Of a DNA stretch of 64,000 nt, positions 36,301 through 46,200 are shown one piece after another. The notes under the pieces were generated by a model. That model saw only the letters and a program-made list of their open reading frames with translations. It ran no database searches and was not told the origin of the DNA. The DNA lies in the IMG/VR virus record IMGVR_UViG_3300025086_000013, positions 30,935 to 94,934 of that record; one strand, 5' to 3'. The translations under genes were made by a program, and so were the position numbers. Every line of letters starts with the position of its first letter. Position 1 is the stretch's first letter. The stretch is from a virus.

Positions 36301-39036
36301 TTTAAGAGCATGTGGTTTTGGTGAAGAAAGATTTATAACTAAATCTACAACTTCTTGACCACCTACTGCTACATAATTTAAAGTTGAAAATATTGTAGTT
36401 GCAATTGCCATTAAGTTAGGTAAAGCTTTATAGTTAGTTCCTTTAAACTCTACAGTTCTACCTGGACCAATGTGTCCTGGTGTAAGAGCTGCAGCAGCTT
36501 CTTCTGCTACTTGAACACTACCCATGTATTGAACTTCACCACCTCCTGGACCTAAAGGAAGAGGAAGATCAAGTCCAATAGCAGATAAAGTAAAATTAGT
36601 TTCTGAAAGTTGATTTACACCTTCAGCAGTGACTGATGCTGCAGCTCCTGCTACAGAAGCAGCCATTGTATTTGATGCTCCTGGAGAAATTAATGGTAGT
36701 CCTAGTCCACCAGCCCCACCTGTTATTGATGTTGAGGCATCTACAAGAGCAAATGGTGCAGTTGCAGGCGTTAAAGACGTAATACCAGGTGCTCCTGCTA
36801 AAACACCAGGTAATGGAGGTATTACAGGAGTAGTAGTAATTCCACCCCATGAAGGGTTTTTTCCATCATCTGCTTGTCTAGTTTTTTCAATTTTTTCAAT
36901 TCTTTCACCACGCATTTGATTAATAGCATAACCTACACCAATTATAGCTGCAATGATTGCGGTAAAGTCACGTATTATTGTATTCTTTGGATGTTTTTCT
37001 GCTGTAACAAAATGTCCTTGCTGTCTACCAGCATGAACACCATAACTTTTAATTTCATAAGGATTTAAATAAGGTCTTTTAAATGATGTTTCTGGTGAAT
37101 GAAAAGTAAAAAAATTATTACATGTTGCATAATTTGCACCACCATTTCCACAACTTGTAAAACCTAAAGAGTTCCCAGCTCCATTATCACCCCAAGATAG
37201 AGTTCCATTATCAGTTGTTACTAGATATGGATCTACACCAGGAGAATTATAAGGGTAGTTTGGTATAAGACCTGTTGTACCAATTAATGTAGGGTTATCA
37301 GCACCAGAGTTTCCATCAGCAGGAATAGAATAGTTTCTCATACTCCTTACCATACCTTTTGCCATTATAGATTTATTACCTTGTCTTGAACCTACAAGTA
37401 TTTCATATCCTACAATATTTCTTATAAGAGAACCATCAAAATTTCTTGGCCATGTAATGTTATCAAACTCAACACCTAATACACGTATTCTTTGATTGTC
37501 TACATTAGATTTAAAAACACTACCATCTGTTTGTTCATCTGGAAATTTATGATGTCTAATTGGTGTACCACATAATTCACCCCATCTTCCATTTGGATCT
37601 GTACTAGGATATAACTCTGTAGATTCCCAATATCCCATACTACCCTTTGCTATTATTGTACCACCATCATCTGTAACAGGATTAACAAAAGGACCAAAGT
37701 CATCAGCAACAGCTGTATTATGTGTTTGCCAAAATTCAGTTTCTGTTGCGTCTATAACATTATTACCATCTGCTATTGCTGAATCTGTAGCATTTTTATC
37801 TCTACCTGGTATATGATATGATTCAGATTTTTCTCCTGTAGAATAAATAAACCTTATAAAAAATGAATATTGTTCATCTCTCATAAATGTAGGTTTATTA
37901 CCACCTTTTTTATAATAGTCTGCTGGATATTCTACAGAAACCCATCTAGCACCTATGTGGTTTGCTTGAGGTTGATAATTAAAATCATACTGACTTGTTG
38001 GTCCTATTCTAAGAAGATAGTCATTAAGAGCTATCATTTTATCAGATCTTTCAAAAGCAGGATTTCTTAATGATAGTTGTGAAAATGGAACAGAACCTGC
38101 TTTTGCTGTAGCTTCATTTATATAATCAATATTTATTGATGTTTGTCTTGTACTATATAATCCAACTAATCTTCCTTGTATTTGTTGTTGATTATTAGAT
38201 AATATTACTAATTTAAAAAAATCAAAATTTGTATCTAAATTGCTTATTTCTATATCTAGTGAACAAGCAGTATCATCATGTTCCCATAAAGGTTGTATAT
38301 TTGAAACTCCAATATAATCACCTATTTGTTGTTCGTTTACAGTATATGCAATAAAAGCTTGATATGATCCATTCTTTAATAAACCTCCACTTGGAGATTT
38401 AGAAAGTTTTATACATGGAGTTTTCATTAAAGGTGCTAAACGTATAAGATCACAATCAAGTTGTAATGGATCAGCATTTTCATATACCCAACATGGCTCT
38501 CCTTGTCCTCCTTCTTCTTCCGGACCTGCAACTAGTGTTTGTATCCAAGGTACATTAATGTTTTCTGTAATTCTATCAGCAGGACCTAAATTAAGAGTTC
38601 TAGAAGGATTTCTTCCATCATCCCAATATACTTGCCAAGAACAATCAAAATTTTCTTTAGAGGCTCCTGTAATAAGATTAACTTTATTAAAGTCTAAACA
38701 TTGATCATTAATTAAAGTAGTATATTCACATCTGCTATCATCAAAATAACCTATTTCACTACTTTGATTATCTGTAGAATATATTATCCAGCTATCACCA
38801 AATAGATTAATAAAGCCAATTATAGTATAATCAACACTAATACAATTTAAATTTGCAGGTTCATTACCTATTGTACCAGCATCACCTTTTGCAGAATTGT
38901 TTATACAATTTCTGCAATGAACCCAATTTTCTTGCCCCACAAAACTATCATGGGCATCTTTTGTCATACCTTTGACAAACAGATCCGTATCAATACTAGA
39001 AGTATCTTGAGGTTGTGAATTTTGTCCTTTTGCCAT
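30373..39036 (-). CDS. Tail muzzle / stabilisation protein (P22 gp10-like position), 2887 aa, with large insertions including a reprolysin-like (M12B/M84-type) metzincin
   Basis: Core motifs typical of crAss-like stabilisation proteins (F.KGM.KD start, VYWDDGRNPSR, FMRDEQYSF, WTVSYDP...WISFHDW, LWKHN). Located downstream of the IHF-like and ring genes. HEIGHNLGASH at 31657-31689 plus Met-turn ATIMGY. Confidence 0.8.
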   Translation of the reverse strand: MAKGQNSQPQDTSSIDTDLFVKGMTKDAHDSFVGQENWVHCRNCINNSAKGDAGTIGNEPANLNCISVDYTIIGFINLFGDSWIIYSTDNQSSEIGYFDDSRCEYTTLINDQCLDFNKVNLITGASKENFDCSWQVYWDDGRNPSRTLNLGPADRITENINVPWIQTLVAGPEEEGGQGEPCWVYENADPLQLDCDLIRLAPLMKTPCIKLSKSPSGGLLKNGSYQAFIAYTVNEQQIGDYIGVSNIQPLWEHDDTACSLDIEISNLDTNFDFFKLVILSNNQQQIQGRLVGLYSTRQTSINIDYINEATAKAGSVPFSQLSLRNPAFERSDKMIALNDYLLRIGPTSQYDFNYQPQANHIGARWVSVEYPADYYKKGGNKPTFMRDEQYSFFIRFIYSTGEKSESYHIPGRDKNATDSAIADGNNVIDATETEFWQTHNTAVADDFGPFVNPVTDDGGTIIAKGSMGYWESTELYPSTDPNGRWGELCGTPIRHHKFPDEQTDGSVFKSNVDNQRIRVLGVEFDNITWPRNFDGSLIRNIVGYEILVGSRQGNKSIMAKGMVRSMRNYSIPADGNSGADNPTLIGTTGLIPNYPYNSPGVDPYLVTTDNGTLSWGDNGAGNSLGFTSCGNGGANYATCNNFFTFHSPETSFKRPYLNPYEIKSYGVHAGRQQGHFVTAEKHPKNTIIRDFTAIIAAIIGVGYAINQMRGERIEKIEKTRQADDGKNPSWGGITTTPVIPPLPGVLAGAPGITSLTPATAPFALVDASTSITGGAGGLGLPLISPGASNTMAASVAGAAASVTAEGVNQLSETNFTLSAIGLDLPLPLGPGGGEVQYMGSVQVAEEAAAALTPGHIGPGRTVEFKGTNYKALPNLMAIATTIFSTLNYVAVGGQEVVDLVINLSSPKPHALKYNSYGLYGTEIPRANGLVFRNRLGKSGYVGNTIQDFGSEFTADNMRINNLFRPSTVVLQTQGNQVGNPISMNELVNPFGGWLDTSRQTLSTLSGAFGDGIYGNPTGGHYSSLIAAHYVALKFNMQNQYGQLDGIKQLPIPCIQCFKDAKVLQPGEEGFVPGPATGSGTEWTPNQGDCAEIYNERGLFIPQEDDTYVSDCLFGGDVYLNRYNEKVIMPFFWQFLKDNEPDEFPFQYQNYQNVPYARHWMDMTKFDMINMISPLLNFSFNWTAGGIPSTLHNLDIPGSDAGDATTEIGSGDWSFGSGAPGAGTQFNFFIHKTAYMYTHCSGVNDFFVESELNMGYRDYGGDRKEKHYDWTNYTDIDQLFHVDIIKEGNFYKYDDSLSKSNLNSQMITYGTIQPRDYDPSVADNCFKHYPKRVIYSLQAFNEAKKDFWRVYLPNNYKDFKNAPSTIKPVSKSGALILFPHLAPQLFQGVDTLTTDFETKLSIGDGGLFNEPMQQITTADLPHEYGSCEDSLSAINTPSGVFYISQAQGKIFNYAQGLTNIADAGLKQWFNKYLPSRLLAAYPELEGTDYADNPVFGIGVQSVYDPNYDIVYFSKKDYEPCNPECIEFDEELGLVINETECYGVAQVPDCPEGTEYDPETDECCTFNYYEANYYQDLEAAETIIVQNPSWEYTMDDFGVPGNWPLIWPPWTISEQRYGSTSDMWKYEPGIGTSGTDGTPPTSNWMGPLTGNGSHVLAYGLREEPEEYSTYFNDWGDPSTSMAQYWEVCGFLTPDIQPGNWTVGGGYDEELDTEYPDWPAVQGQSYLSLVTNHAGWVEHVSTPMLDTAGNPTDLQPGVVYRGTIALGGPPDTVGYYVISEEGHKTYYTIANITYDLNHEMGIEIWGSQSSCDLGELLWISPAVDGINGTITDYHGIDDDSTIGAQTGSEDFPIRVNLQPDGPEPYEWNTWASMNGSTQIPYVFMPYGGPWPYLTIRCRSNYPNNPLTSSTYVSVDNFQPPVPDPVFACDCPQGDLFFTGTPFPATEQDCIECEGECVECVERICDPAPYIDVITPVDLENNEFFTDISWTVSYDPKIKGWISFHDWHPELTMSSYNHFLTTNTIKGLDPICPPGYTMDEFGMCINDATWECGPGYELDETLDPPQCCKVEYGGNYGQGTPDFTFDFAIIDDGDDMPPFNRIHIENASVTKNKNNSIYFEIEDSILKDIRLSKPKRFSITVPFMDNQTLKLPLELVNVHSKDFQVVLETEKGRVKDPYVSKAVSYKIRGEKDLKGSITFMETKMFGVIRKGKKIYEFTVEDSDVKKKASKDKTKYILYNTFDSKRIPIFDCATTDDITKAARKASAKQARSSTGGCIKMAIEIDKYTYEEFNNGDEADNINALTDWVTMIIAGVSEVYEDQLDTQVTLNYLRIWTLNDNFSMSFPCGGCDNGSIHKIRTCYLQTLIAEWTTDPDLIAVDRSLVYIFSMNDEVLEGGQAWGIGGVCNHDVSPDYCESTPGAYGIAAPLSQNIEFNPEGFLNSDFDSSWSFKVVMHEIGHNLGASHTHSCTAYDPDPDFGFFGGPLDTLNSYQDTYIETYEAWDAGELDDNEDPIEAPGCFDPPGNIPPDTANFYSNVQYATIMGYGQWGIGTGDFEFPWEFHPVVIDQRLEPTLQDALDEGCLECSTDDPITEIVDPGGTTGIELTALTCECPEGYDMYFIGTWDPAEEIDCLTIFNEQESTIGVECKIRICEDEFNIAPQVFPVTESSSLWKHNVRCDLFNNYYDIQYPWEIELVESVGQAVNTVRSVEYQMEAFEYKVQLDDEGCALNYGCDDRWHDLMYNFDEAIIYNTEQVSGLLTLVEQTPDVNDIISYPIIGANDIQILYSKVEQKYRFDQFWDITSNRNVSESMFITQLNGYIRDLNDAYLDYNKPQLERKKFRHYVNNLILRKRVEETEGFWIDEFHFQPGEVILHQRKMLLKLVNTKLNLSFR

Positions 39037-39046
39037 TATACACTAT

Positions 39047-39955
39047 TTATCTAACTGGAAAACTTTTAAACATATCATAGTAATTACTATATTGTGCTTT
39101 TCTATTAACTTCCCATATTTTTTGTACCTCCTTAAAGTCAGGAGTATTAATAAATCCTAAAGCATTATTTCTAGCAGCTCTAAGTTTTTGTTCTATATAA
39201 CTTATTTTTTGTGAAACTTGTTCTCCACTAAATAACATGTTTTCTAATATTCTTTGTTTTAATGCATACTCATAGTATTCATTACAGTATGGATGGTCAA
39301 GCACTAATAATTCTCCATCTTCATTTTCCATGGCTCCTTGATAATTTATATAAACTTTTCCTGATGTAAAATTTGTTAATAAAAATCCATCTTTAATTTC
39401 TGCTACATCCATTGCTTGAATATTAATATTTGGACAATCACATTGCAAAGAACCAGTATTATCTTTTATTCTTAAAGGATAGAATCTACTAGAAGTTCTA
39501 TATTGTTCAGCACCCATATATTGAACAACCATGTATTGATCATATACTGTTTTTCCATTTTCTTCTTTAGGACAAGTTTGAACAACGCAAACATCTTTAC
39601 ATGTAGGATCATCACAAGGACCGGTATCACCACCGTCTGGAGCAGGTACATATTTAGTTTGAGTTGTATCTACATGTGTACCTGAAGGAAATGTATTTCT
39701 TATTTTAAATTCATCACAAACAAAAGCATAATTTAAATACTTAAAATCTGAAGGTAATTTAACTTTATTGTGTTCAACTTCTAAAAGATCTTCCTTAGTT
39801 CTATGTATTCTTAATCCTAAATCATAATTAACACGAGTTGCTACTTTAATTAATTGTTGAGGTTCTATCATTCCTTCTAGAGATTGTCCAGAAAAATCAA
39901 TACTAACATCAGCTAACAATTGATCAAAAGTTCTATATTTATGTGATATTGCCAT
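39047..39955 (-). CDS. Tail ring / tubular protein (crAss-like), 302 aa
   Basis: Position immediately before the muzzle gene; LPSDF...G.VYINY...ENEDGELLV pattern of podovirus adaptor/ring proteins; small Cys-rich loop. Confidence 0.6.
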   Translation of the reverse strand: MAISHKYRTFDQLLADVSIDFSGQSLEGMIEPQQLIKVATRVNYDLGLRIHRTKEDLLEVEHNKVKLPSDFKYLNYAFVCDEFKIRNTFPSGTHVDTTQTKYVPAPDGGDTGPCDDPTCKDVCVVQTCPKEENGKTVYDQYMVVQYMGAEQYRTSSRFYPLRIKDNTGSLQCDCPNINIQAMDVAEIKDGFLLTNFTSGKVYINYQGAMENEDGELLVLDHPYCNEYYEYALKQRILENMLFSGEQVSQKISYIEQKLRAARNNALGFINTPDFKEVQKIWEVNRKAQYSNYYDMFKSFPVR

Positions 39956-40629
39956 TATCTATTTACATTTTGTTTATTATCTCCATCTTCTGCAGGAGCT
40001 TTCATTGTATTAAATGTCTCTTGTAAAACTTGTTGTTCTATTTCAGCATGTAAAAATTCTGGTACAAAAAATCTTTGCATATATCTAGGAGGATCACAAT
40101 TATCAGTAGGATCACAATTAAACTTTGATATATCACCTTCAAAAATGCCTTCTATCTTTATAGCTTCCCATTCTATATTTGGAAGATATAAGTAATCATT
40201 TATCCACCAAAAATATTTTGTTTTATTATATTTAAATGAAGTTGTATTAGCCATTGCAGTAAATGTAGCAGGAGAAGTTGCTTGTACATTTACAGATCCA
40301 TCAATAGAAGAAACACTTCTAATTAATGGTCCCCAATAGCCTTCCATAAATGTTGGAAGTTTTAATCTTGTACGTTTAATTGTGCAATCACTTTTTATTC
40401 CACAACAATTTGATTCTATCTTATCTACATCAACTAAATCAACAAAAGTTAAAGTTTGCCATACACTATTAAACTTCATAAGTTTATTTGCACCATCTTG
40501 TCTTCTCATAAGAAGTGTAGAGTACTTTTTTATTAAGCTATATAAGTATCTATCTGTAACAAAAGCATCTTCAGATTCTGCTTTTATTTGATTTCTAATT
40601 CTAGATACTACATCCCCTATTGTTGTCAT
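39955..40629 (-). CDS. Tail ring protein (crAss-like), 224 aa
   Basis: Size, synteny between the IHF-like gene and the tubular/muzzle genes, and the T..D.V..IR...D..VTDR start. Confidence 0.55.
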   Translation of the reverse strand: MTTIGDVVSRIRNQIKAESEDAFVTDRYLYSLIKKYSTLLMRRQDGANKLMKFNSVWQTLTFVDLVDVDKIESNCCGIKSDCTIKRTRLKLPTFMEGYWGPLIRSVSSIDGSVNVQATSPATFTAMANTTSFKYNKTKYFWWINDYLYLPNIEWEAIKIEGIFEGDISKFNCDPTDNCDPPRYMQRFFVPEFLHAEIEQQVLQETFNTMKAPAEDGDNKQNVNR

Positions 40630-40640
40630 ATTATAATATT

Positions 40641-41156
40641 TTATTTTTTATACATATCAGCAACTCTTTTTTTGCTTTCCATTACAATATACTTTGACCA
40701 TTGTTCTGGATATGTTTTTGCTACAGATCTTTTAAATTGTCTAACAGCTTTAAATTGCCATAACTCTCTATTTTTAAATCTATATTTAGTAGAATAGTTA
40801 GTATAAAATATTTTAGCTATTTTACCATCTGTATTTAAATTCCTATTTTGTAAAACCTTACCATATTCTTTTGATAAAGAATAGTTAGTGTTTACACTTT
40901 TAGCAGCTGGGCATGTTCCTATAAATAAGTAACCTAAAGAATCAGGTAGCTCCACACCTTCTCTATTATTTATTACTTCTTCCCACAGTTTAGTGTTATA
41001 TAATTTAATAATTTTTTTAAGTTTAGTATCATCAATATTTTCATATATAGGATACTTTTCTTTGAATTCTTTAATTAAATCAGAATTCAAAAGTCCTAAA
41101 ACTTTTTCTCTATATCTAGGAGCAGTTAAGTCTGGAGCTTTAAAATTACTTATCAT
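40641..41156 (-). CDS. IHF/HU-like DNA-binding protein of the tail module
   Basis: KIIKLYNTKLWEEVINNREGVELPDSLGYLFI resembles the HU/IHF helix-strand pattern; basic protein; IHF-like genes occupy this position in crAss-like phages. Start moved from TTG 41171 to ATG 41156 because the TTG overlaps the promoter-like motif. Confidence 0.55.
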   Translation of the reverse strand: MISNFKAPDLTAPRYREKVLGLLNSDLIKEFKEKYPIYENIDDTKLKKIIKLYNTKLWEEVINNREGVELPDSLGYLFIGTCPAAKSVNTNYSLSKEYGKVLQNRNLNTDGKIAKIFYTNYSTKYRFKNRELWQFKAVRQFKRSVAKTYPEQWSKYIVMESKKRVADMYKK

Positions 41157-41170
41157 ATTAATACTATACA

Positions 41171-41185
41171 ATATAATTTACAAAA
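41171..41185 (-). promoter_or_regulatory. Copy of shared promoter-like motif (variant)
   Basis: The minus strand reads TTTTGTAAATTATAT. Confidence 0.5.
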
Positions 41186-41219
41186 AAAAGGGGATTAATA
41201 AAAGTTTAAACCCTATAGA

Positions 41220-42428
41220 TTAATCAGGAGAATAAGTTAGTTCACATATATTACCTTTATTATAATCATGTAATTCTATTACACCTGACCTTTTAGAACC
41301 TACAAATTTATTATGATAATGCCAATAATCTGTTCTAGAGAGACTTGGTAATATCTTTAGCATAAACCCTGTACGTTCATTTGTAGTAATATATTCTACT
41401 TTCTTTTTATGATGTAAATGACCTGTAAATAAAGTTCTATTTGTAGTTATACCCCATTGTTGTGGAAACTCTGTAGCATAAAGTAAAAGTGAATTTTTAG
41501 TATTTACATCCCCATGTTCAAAAGCAAAAAAGTTATCACCCCATGTATATACTTTTCTTTCAAGATATGTTACATCCCAAAGTATATTAGGATCATCTAT
41601 AGCTCTAGATAAAGCATGAGTTAAATGAAATGAAGATAATCTATCATGGTTACCAGGAATATAAACAACTTGAAGATCATCACAATATTGTTTTATAAAA
41701 TTAATACTCCAGTATATTGCATCAAATGCTTGAGTATAAGCTTCAGTGGCAGTAGAACAATTATCTAATGGTGTACCAGAAGTTGTAGTACCAGCCCAAC
41801 TATCCATATTCATTAAATCTCCTCCTACTACATAATATATTTTTTTAAGATTATGGCTAGCATGTGCTCTTTCTACAAGATCCATAATAGTTTCCTCAAA
41901 ATCTTTATCTATAGTTTCATTACCTTGTTTACCAAAATGAATATCTTGTAATGACAAAACAGCACATACATCTTTTTTACCTTCACTTTTAATTCTTTTA
42001 ACTGGAGAGAATTTTTTTGGTTTCCAGTTTTCAAGTAATTGCTCTATATGAGCAGTATCATCATTTTTAAGCTTTGTAATTAAAGCTGATATACGCCAGT
42101 GATCTGACATTTGTTTATTCCAATATTGTGACAACTTCCATTGTGTTGTATCAATATTTAATATTTGTATAATTTCTTCAGGAGATTTAGGTTCTGTATT
42201 TGAGATTCCAGTAATCTTTCCTTGGCCGTTTTCCATGTCATATGATGATGTACAATCATCTGTAACATATCCCATATCTTTTTCTTCTTTTCTTTTTTCC
42301 CTTCCTTCTGCATATATTTCTTTTTTTATTTTATCAAATTCTTCTTCTGTTATTCCTAATCTTTCTGCACAATACTCTGAATTCTTTTTCCATTTTAAAG
42401 CGTTTTTTACTTTTTCTTTTAAACTCAT
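41220..42428 (-). CDS. Calcineurin-like metallophosphoesterase with possible N-terminal HTH
   Basis: All five family motifs are present: DIHFG, GGDLMN, PGNHD, EHGD, GHLH. N-terminal CAERLGITEEEF is HTH-like. Confidence 0.85.
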   Translation of the reverse strand: MSLKEKVKNALKWKKNSEYCAERLGITEEEFDKIKKEIYAEGREKRKEEKDMGYVTDDCTSSYDMENGQGKITGISNTEPKSPEEIIQILNIDTTQWKLSQYWNKQMSDHWRISALITKLKNDDTAHIEQLLENWKPKKFSPVKRIKSEGKKDVCAVLSLQDIHFGKQGNETIDKDFEETIMDLVERAHASHNLKKIYYVVGGDLMNMDSWAGTTTSGTPLDNCSTATEAYTQAFDAIYWSINFIKQYCDDLQVVYIPGNHDRLSSFHLTHALSRAIDDPNILWDVTYLERKVYTWGDNFFAFEHGDVNTKNSLLLYATEFPQQWGITTNRTLFTGHLHHKKKVEYITTNERTGFMLKILPSLSRTDYWHYHNKFVGSKRSGVIELHDYNKGNICELTYSPD

Positions 42429-42451
42429 AAGATAGCTATATTAATTAGTGG

Positions 42452-42466
42452 TGCTAATATATAAAA
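42452..42466 (-). promoter_or_regulatory. Degenerate copy of the promoter-like motif
   Basis: The minus strand reads TTTTATATATTAGCA; TATATTAG is one mismatch from TAnnTTTG. It lies just downstream of a terminator. Confidence 0.4.
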
Positions 42467-42477
42467 AAATTATTAAT

Positions 42478-42511
42478 AAAAAAAAGAACCCCAGATGAAT
42501 ATCTAGGGTTC
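42478..42511 (-). terminator. Intrinsic terminator after the fibre genes
   Basis: The minus strand reads GAACCCTAGAT-ATTC-ATCTGGGGTTC followed by T8. Confidence 0.85.
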
Positions 42512-42558
42512 CAGCGTTTCGTGAGAGTTAAAACCAACAAAAAAACCTCCACACTTCG

Positions 42559-43245
42559 CTATTCTGGTATAGTTACATATAATGTTGCTGATCCTGGATC
42601 AACTGTAAAAAGTTCTACTGTATCTTCTTCTTCTATAGAGTACTGTGTAGTTAACTTAAACATATATGTATTTCCTGGTATTAACGGAACCATGGCACCG
42701 GTAACAGTAAATGAATTTGACAATAAAGGATTCATCAATGTATTAAACTGTGGTATTTCTTCCCATATGTTACTTCCTACTGCTGAATAAAATAAATTCA
42801 TAGAACTTAAAGTTTCAGCTTCTAAAGGTTGATAAAGAAAATCATAATAAACTAATTCTACACTATTAGATGTAATACTATTAGCATAGAAATTTTTAAC
42901 TGTATAAGGATAAGCAGATGCATCAGCATGAGCTAAAGCAATTTTTTGTAAAAACTGATCTAATCTTTCTCCTTTACGCATGCATATTTCTACACTTTGT
43001 GCTGCATCTGCATCTGAACCAGTGCCTGGAAAAACACTTCCTGGATCTACTATTTGCATGGTTACACACCAACGGTCTTCTTCATGACAATGTCTTACAC
43101 ATTCTGTACAAGTTACAGTTTCACAAGGCTCTGCAGGAAGATTACAAGTATGACCATCATATGTGCAATTAGCTGGTATATGATAACTAGTATCATTACA
43201 ACCACATGCAGTAGATTTATTTGATTTACATTTTTGACAAGCCAT
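42559..43245 (-). CDS. Cys-rich structural protein with FN3-like C-terminal domain
   Basis: N-terminal CxxC/CxC clusters; C-terminal ITSNSVELVY...LIPGNTYMFKL is FN3-like. Confidence 0.55.
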   Translation of the reverse strand: MACQKCKSNKSTACGCNDTSYHIPANCTYDGHTCNLPAEPCETVTCTECVRHCHEEDRWCVTMQIVDPGSVFPGTGSDADAAQSVEICMRKGERLDQFLQKIALAHADASAYPYTVKNFYANSITSNSVELVYYDFLYQPLEAETLSSMNLFYSAVGSNIWEEIPQFNTLMNPLLSNSFTVTGAMVPLIPGNTYMFKLTTQYSIEEEDTVELFTVDPGSATLYVTIPE

Positions 43246-43263
43246 ATTCTTATTATTTAATTA

Positions 43264-46200
43264 TTAACATGCTGATACAGTTTTTATATCTTCCCAATAA
43301 CCTCCTGATGAAGCATCAGCATCATATTTAGCAACTTTTCTTATTGTATCTAAAGCAGCTGCTCCATGTTGTGCATAATAAGCTCCATCTGTTAACTCAT
43401 CATTACTATCACTTGTGTTAGCACCTTGCACAGATTTATATGCTTTAACGCTTGTATCAAACTCAACACCTGTTGAATTATATATACTTATACATTGAGA
43501 AAGAGTTATAGCATATGTTCCTGCTTTTGAACAATTATTAGGTTGAGATGGATCACTACCGTAAGATGTTACTGCTACATTATTTAAAGTTCCTGTCATA
43601 ACTTTTCCATTATCAACGCCTGACGGACAGTTTATATCAGTTAAAATACCACCACCAGAAGTATCAGCACCCGTTATACGTTTTAATGCTGCTCCTAATT
43701 GTCTTTCATGTTTAGAAGAACTATATTTTTGAGAATCTGCAGTTAAAATAGATTTATCTATAAATGGCATAACTCTAAAACCATATCCATATAATCCTGA
43801 TATAGTATTTGCACCTCCTGCTGTAGTACCAGTATAAGGGACTGGTAATGAAGCACTAGGACTCATATATGGAGATATATCTATTGGATTTTTAACACTA
43901 CCAGAAGCTAATCCTTTGTATCCTGCTGTTGATAATGTTGTTCCTGTTAAAGCTCCAATTGCTTGTAATACAGCAGCAGAACTATTATCTTGAGATCCAG
44001 AAACAGTAGGTATTAAAATTTGTGTTAAATCAAATTGTTTATGTGTAATAGGATTTCCCCCTACAGCTGTTGTTCCCCATGTAGTTCTTAAAGCTTCATT
44101 TACCCATAATATATCTAATAATTCATCATAATGAGTTTGATAAGATGCTGTAGGTTGTGCAGGACTATTCCATCCATTTGAAATACTATTAGATCCATAA
44201 GTACCATTACCATTGACATCGCCTATAAAACAAATTAAATATACTGTACTAGGTACACTGTCTGTTGAAGATGCATCCCAATACGGAGGTAAATTTCTAA
44301 CAGCACTATACCCACTTGCTACACTAATACTACCAGTTCCACCATTTTTCTTGTCAACCATTGCTTTAGTATAGTTTAAATAGTCTCCAGAATTAGATCC
44401 AGTAACAGGTACATAATAAACAGAACCAGTCCAGTCTGAACAATTATCTAATAAAAATTGTTGTAACTCACCAACCTGATCTTTTATAATAACAGCTTCA
44501 TCTTCAGAATATATATTTGTATCTATAAATACTGTAATATCTGTATTTTTATTTGGTATAGCAGCTGCATCTACAATAGGAATAGTTACTGTATTAACTG
44601 TTCTATTTCCTGGATTACCAACAGTACAATCTGTTTTTGCATAAACTTCAATAGAATCTACTCCACCAGTAGGTCTATTTACAATAGGAGTATATATAAG
44701 TTGTACATCACCTTTTAAAGAGGCATCATAATTATTATCTGTAGGTAATAAAAATTCAGTTGAGCCACCAAGTGCTGATGTAGCATTCCATGTTATAGGT
44801 GTAGTTTGTTTTGAATAACCAACTATATTTATTGGTATTCTTAACTGTTTATTACCAACTGTACCCTCATAGGTATTAGGAGCATAAACATACCAAGCAG
44901 TTTTATCAGAACCATAACCTACATGATTAGCTGATTCAGTATCTGGACAATATAGAGGTCTTACATAAGATGGTTTACAATCACAACAGAATACTACTTG
45001 ATCAACACTTTTATTATCAGTATTTATTAAAGCATATACATAATAAGTTTTATTTCCACTAACTACAATTTCTCCTGCATATTGCCAGCCATTTTCTTCT
45101 GGAAGCATTGATGTTTTCATTCCAGTTGCTGCATATGTTACATTTCCACAAGATATACTTGTAGTTGGATTATCACTTATAGCATCTGAATAAACATGAA
45201 ATTGTCCATCTACACCAGCATCAACTGATGAATCTGTTCCTTTATATACAGCAACAGTTGAAGCATCAGATGCACTTAAACCAAACAGCCAAGAAGTAGT
45301 TGTAACCCCATCAGTATATTTTGCTATTTCTACTTTTGTTGTACCTATATCTGCTATTTTTGATTTATAGTCTGTAGAATTTTTAACAACTGTCACACAC
45401 GTTGGAGCTGATGTTTTAAATTCTATTTTATCACATGATGTTACATTACCAGCAAGAGTAGTTGTTTTACAATAAATCTCATATGTTGTACCTGCAACTA
45501 AACCAGTTGATTTACCTGTATTAGTTGCTACTGTAGGTTCTTTTATTGTTTGTTTAGACATTGTACTACCTAAAGAATCTTCAACTATAATTTCATAAGT
45601 GTTTTTTGAATTTGTAGTTAATTCAGTAATTTTATATTCAATAGAAGTTTCACCGGTACTAGTTAATTCAATTTTAGGACATCCTGAACTATTTTCTAAA
45701 GTGTACTCTGCAATTCGTTCACATTGATTAGATCCATCTGTAAAACAGAATTCTATTTTTATTTTAAAATTACTAGTTGTATCTAAAACATTACCAATGT
45801 TTCCTATAACATGACCAACTTTACTATTTTGTAATTCAGATACATTAGCATAATCTATTAGGGTATTTAAAGAAGAATCTTCAACTGTAATTTTAGTACC
45901 TCTAGCTTTATTGCAATCATAAAATCCAGTAGGTATAACCATATTTCTAAAGTCAATAGTAATACTAACAAGATTTCCTCCTGTATCTTTATTTATTCTT
46001 AATTTAGGATCATAAGTAAATCCTACACAACCTGATGGATGAACTGTAGATTGTAAATCAGAAACTGCACTTCTTACATCACATAATACTTTCCAATTAT
46101 TATCAATAGATTGAGATAAAGTAGAAGGAGATACGTGCCAACCTGCCATTGATGAATATTGACCAGCTCCATTTAAACGGTCTGTTGCAGATAAATTAAT

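Noticed and set aside
41157-41171. TTG start at 41171 for the IHF-like gene
   Set aside because: It overlaps the edge of the promoter-like motif. The in-frame ATG at 41156 is more plausible.
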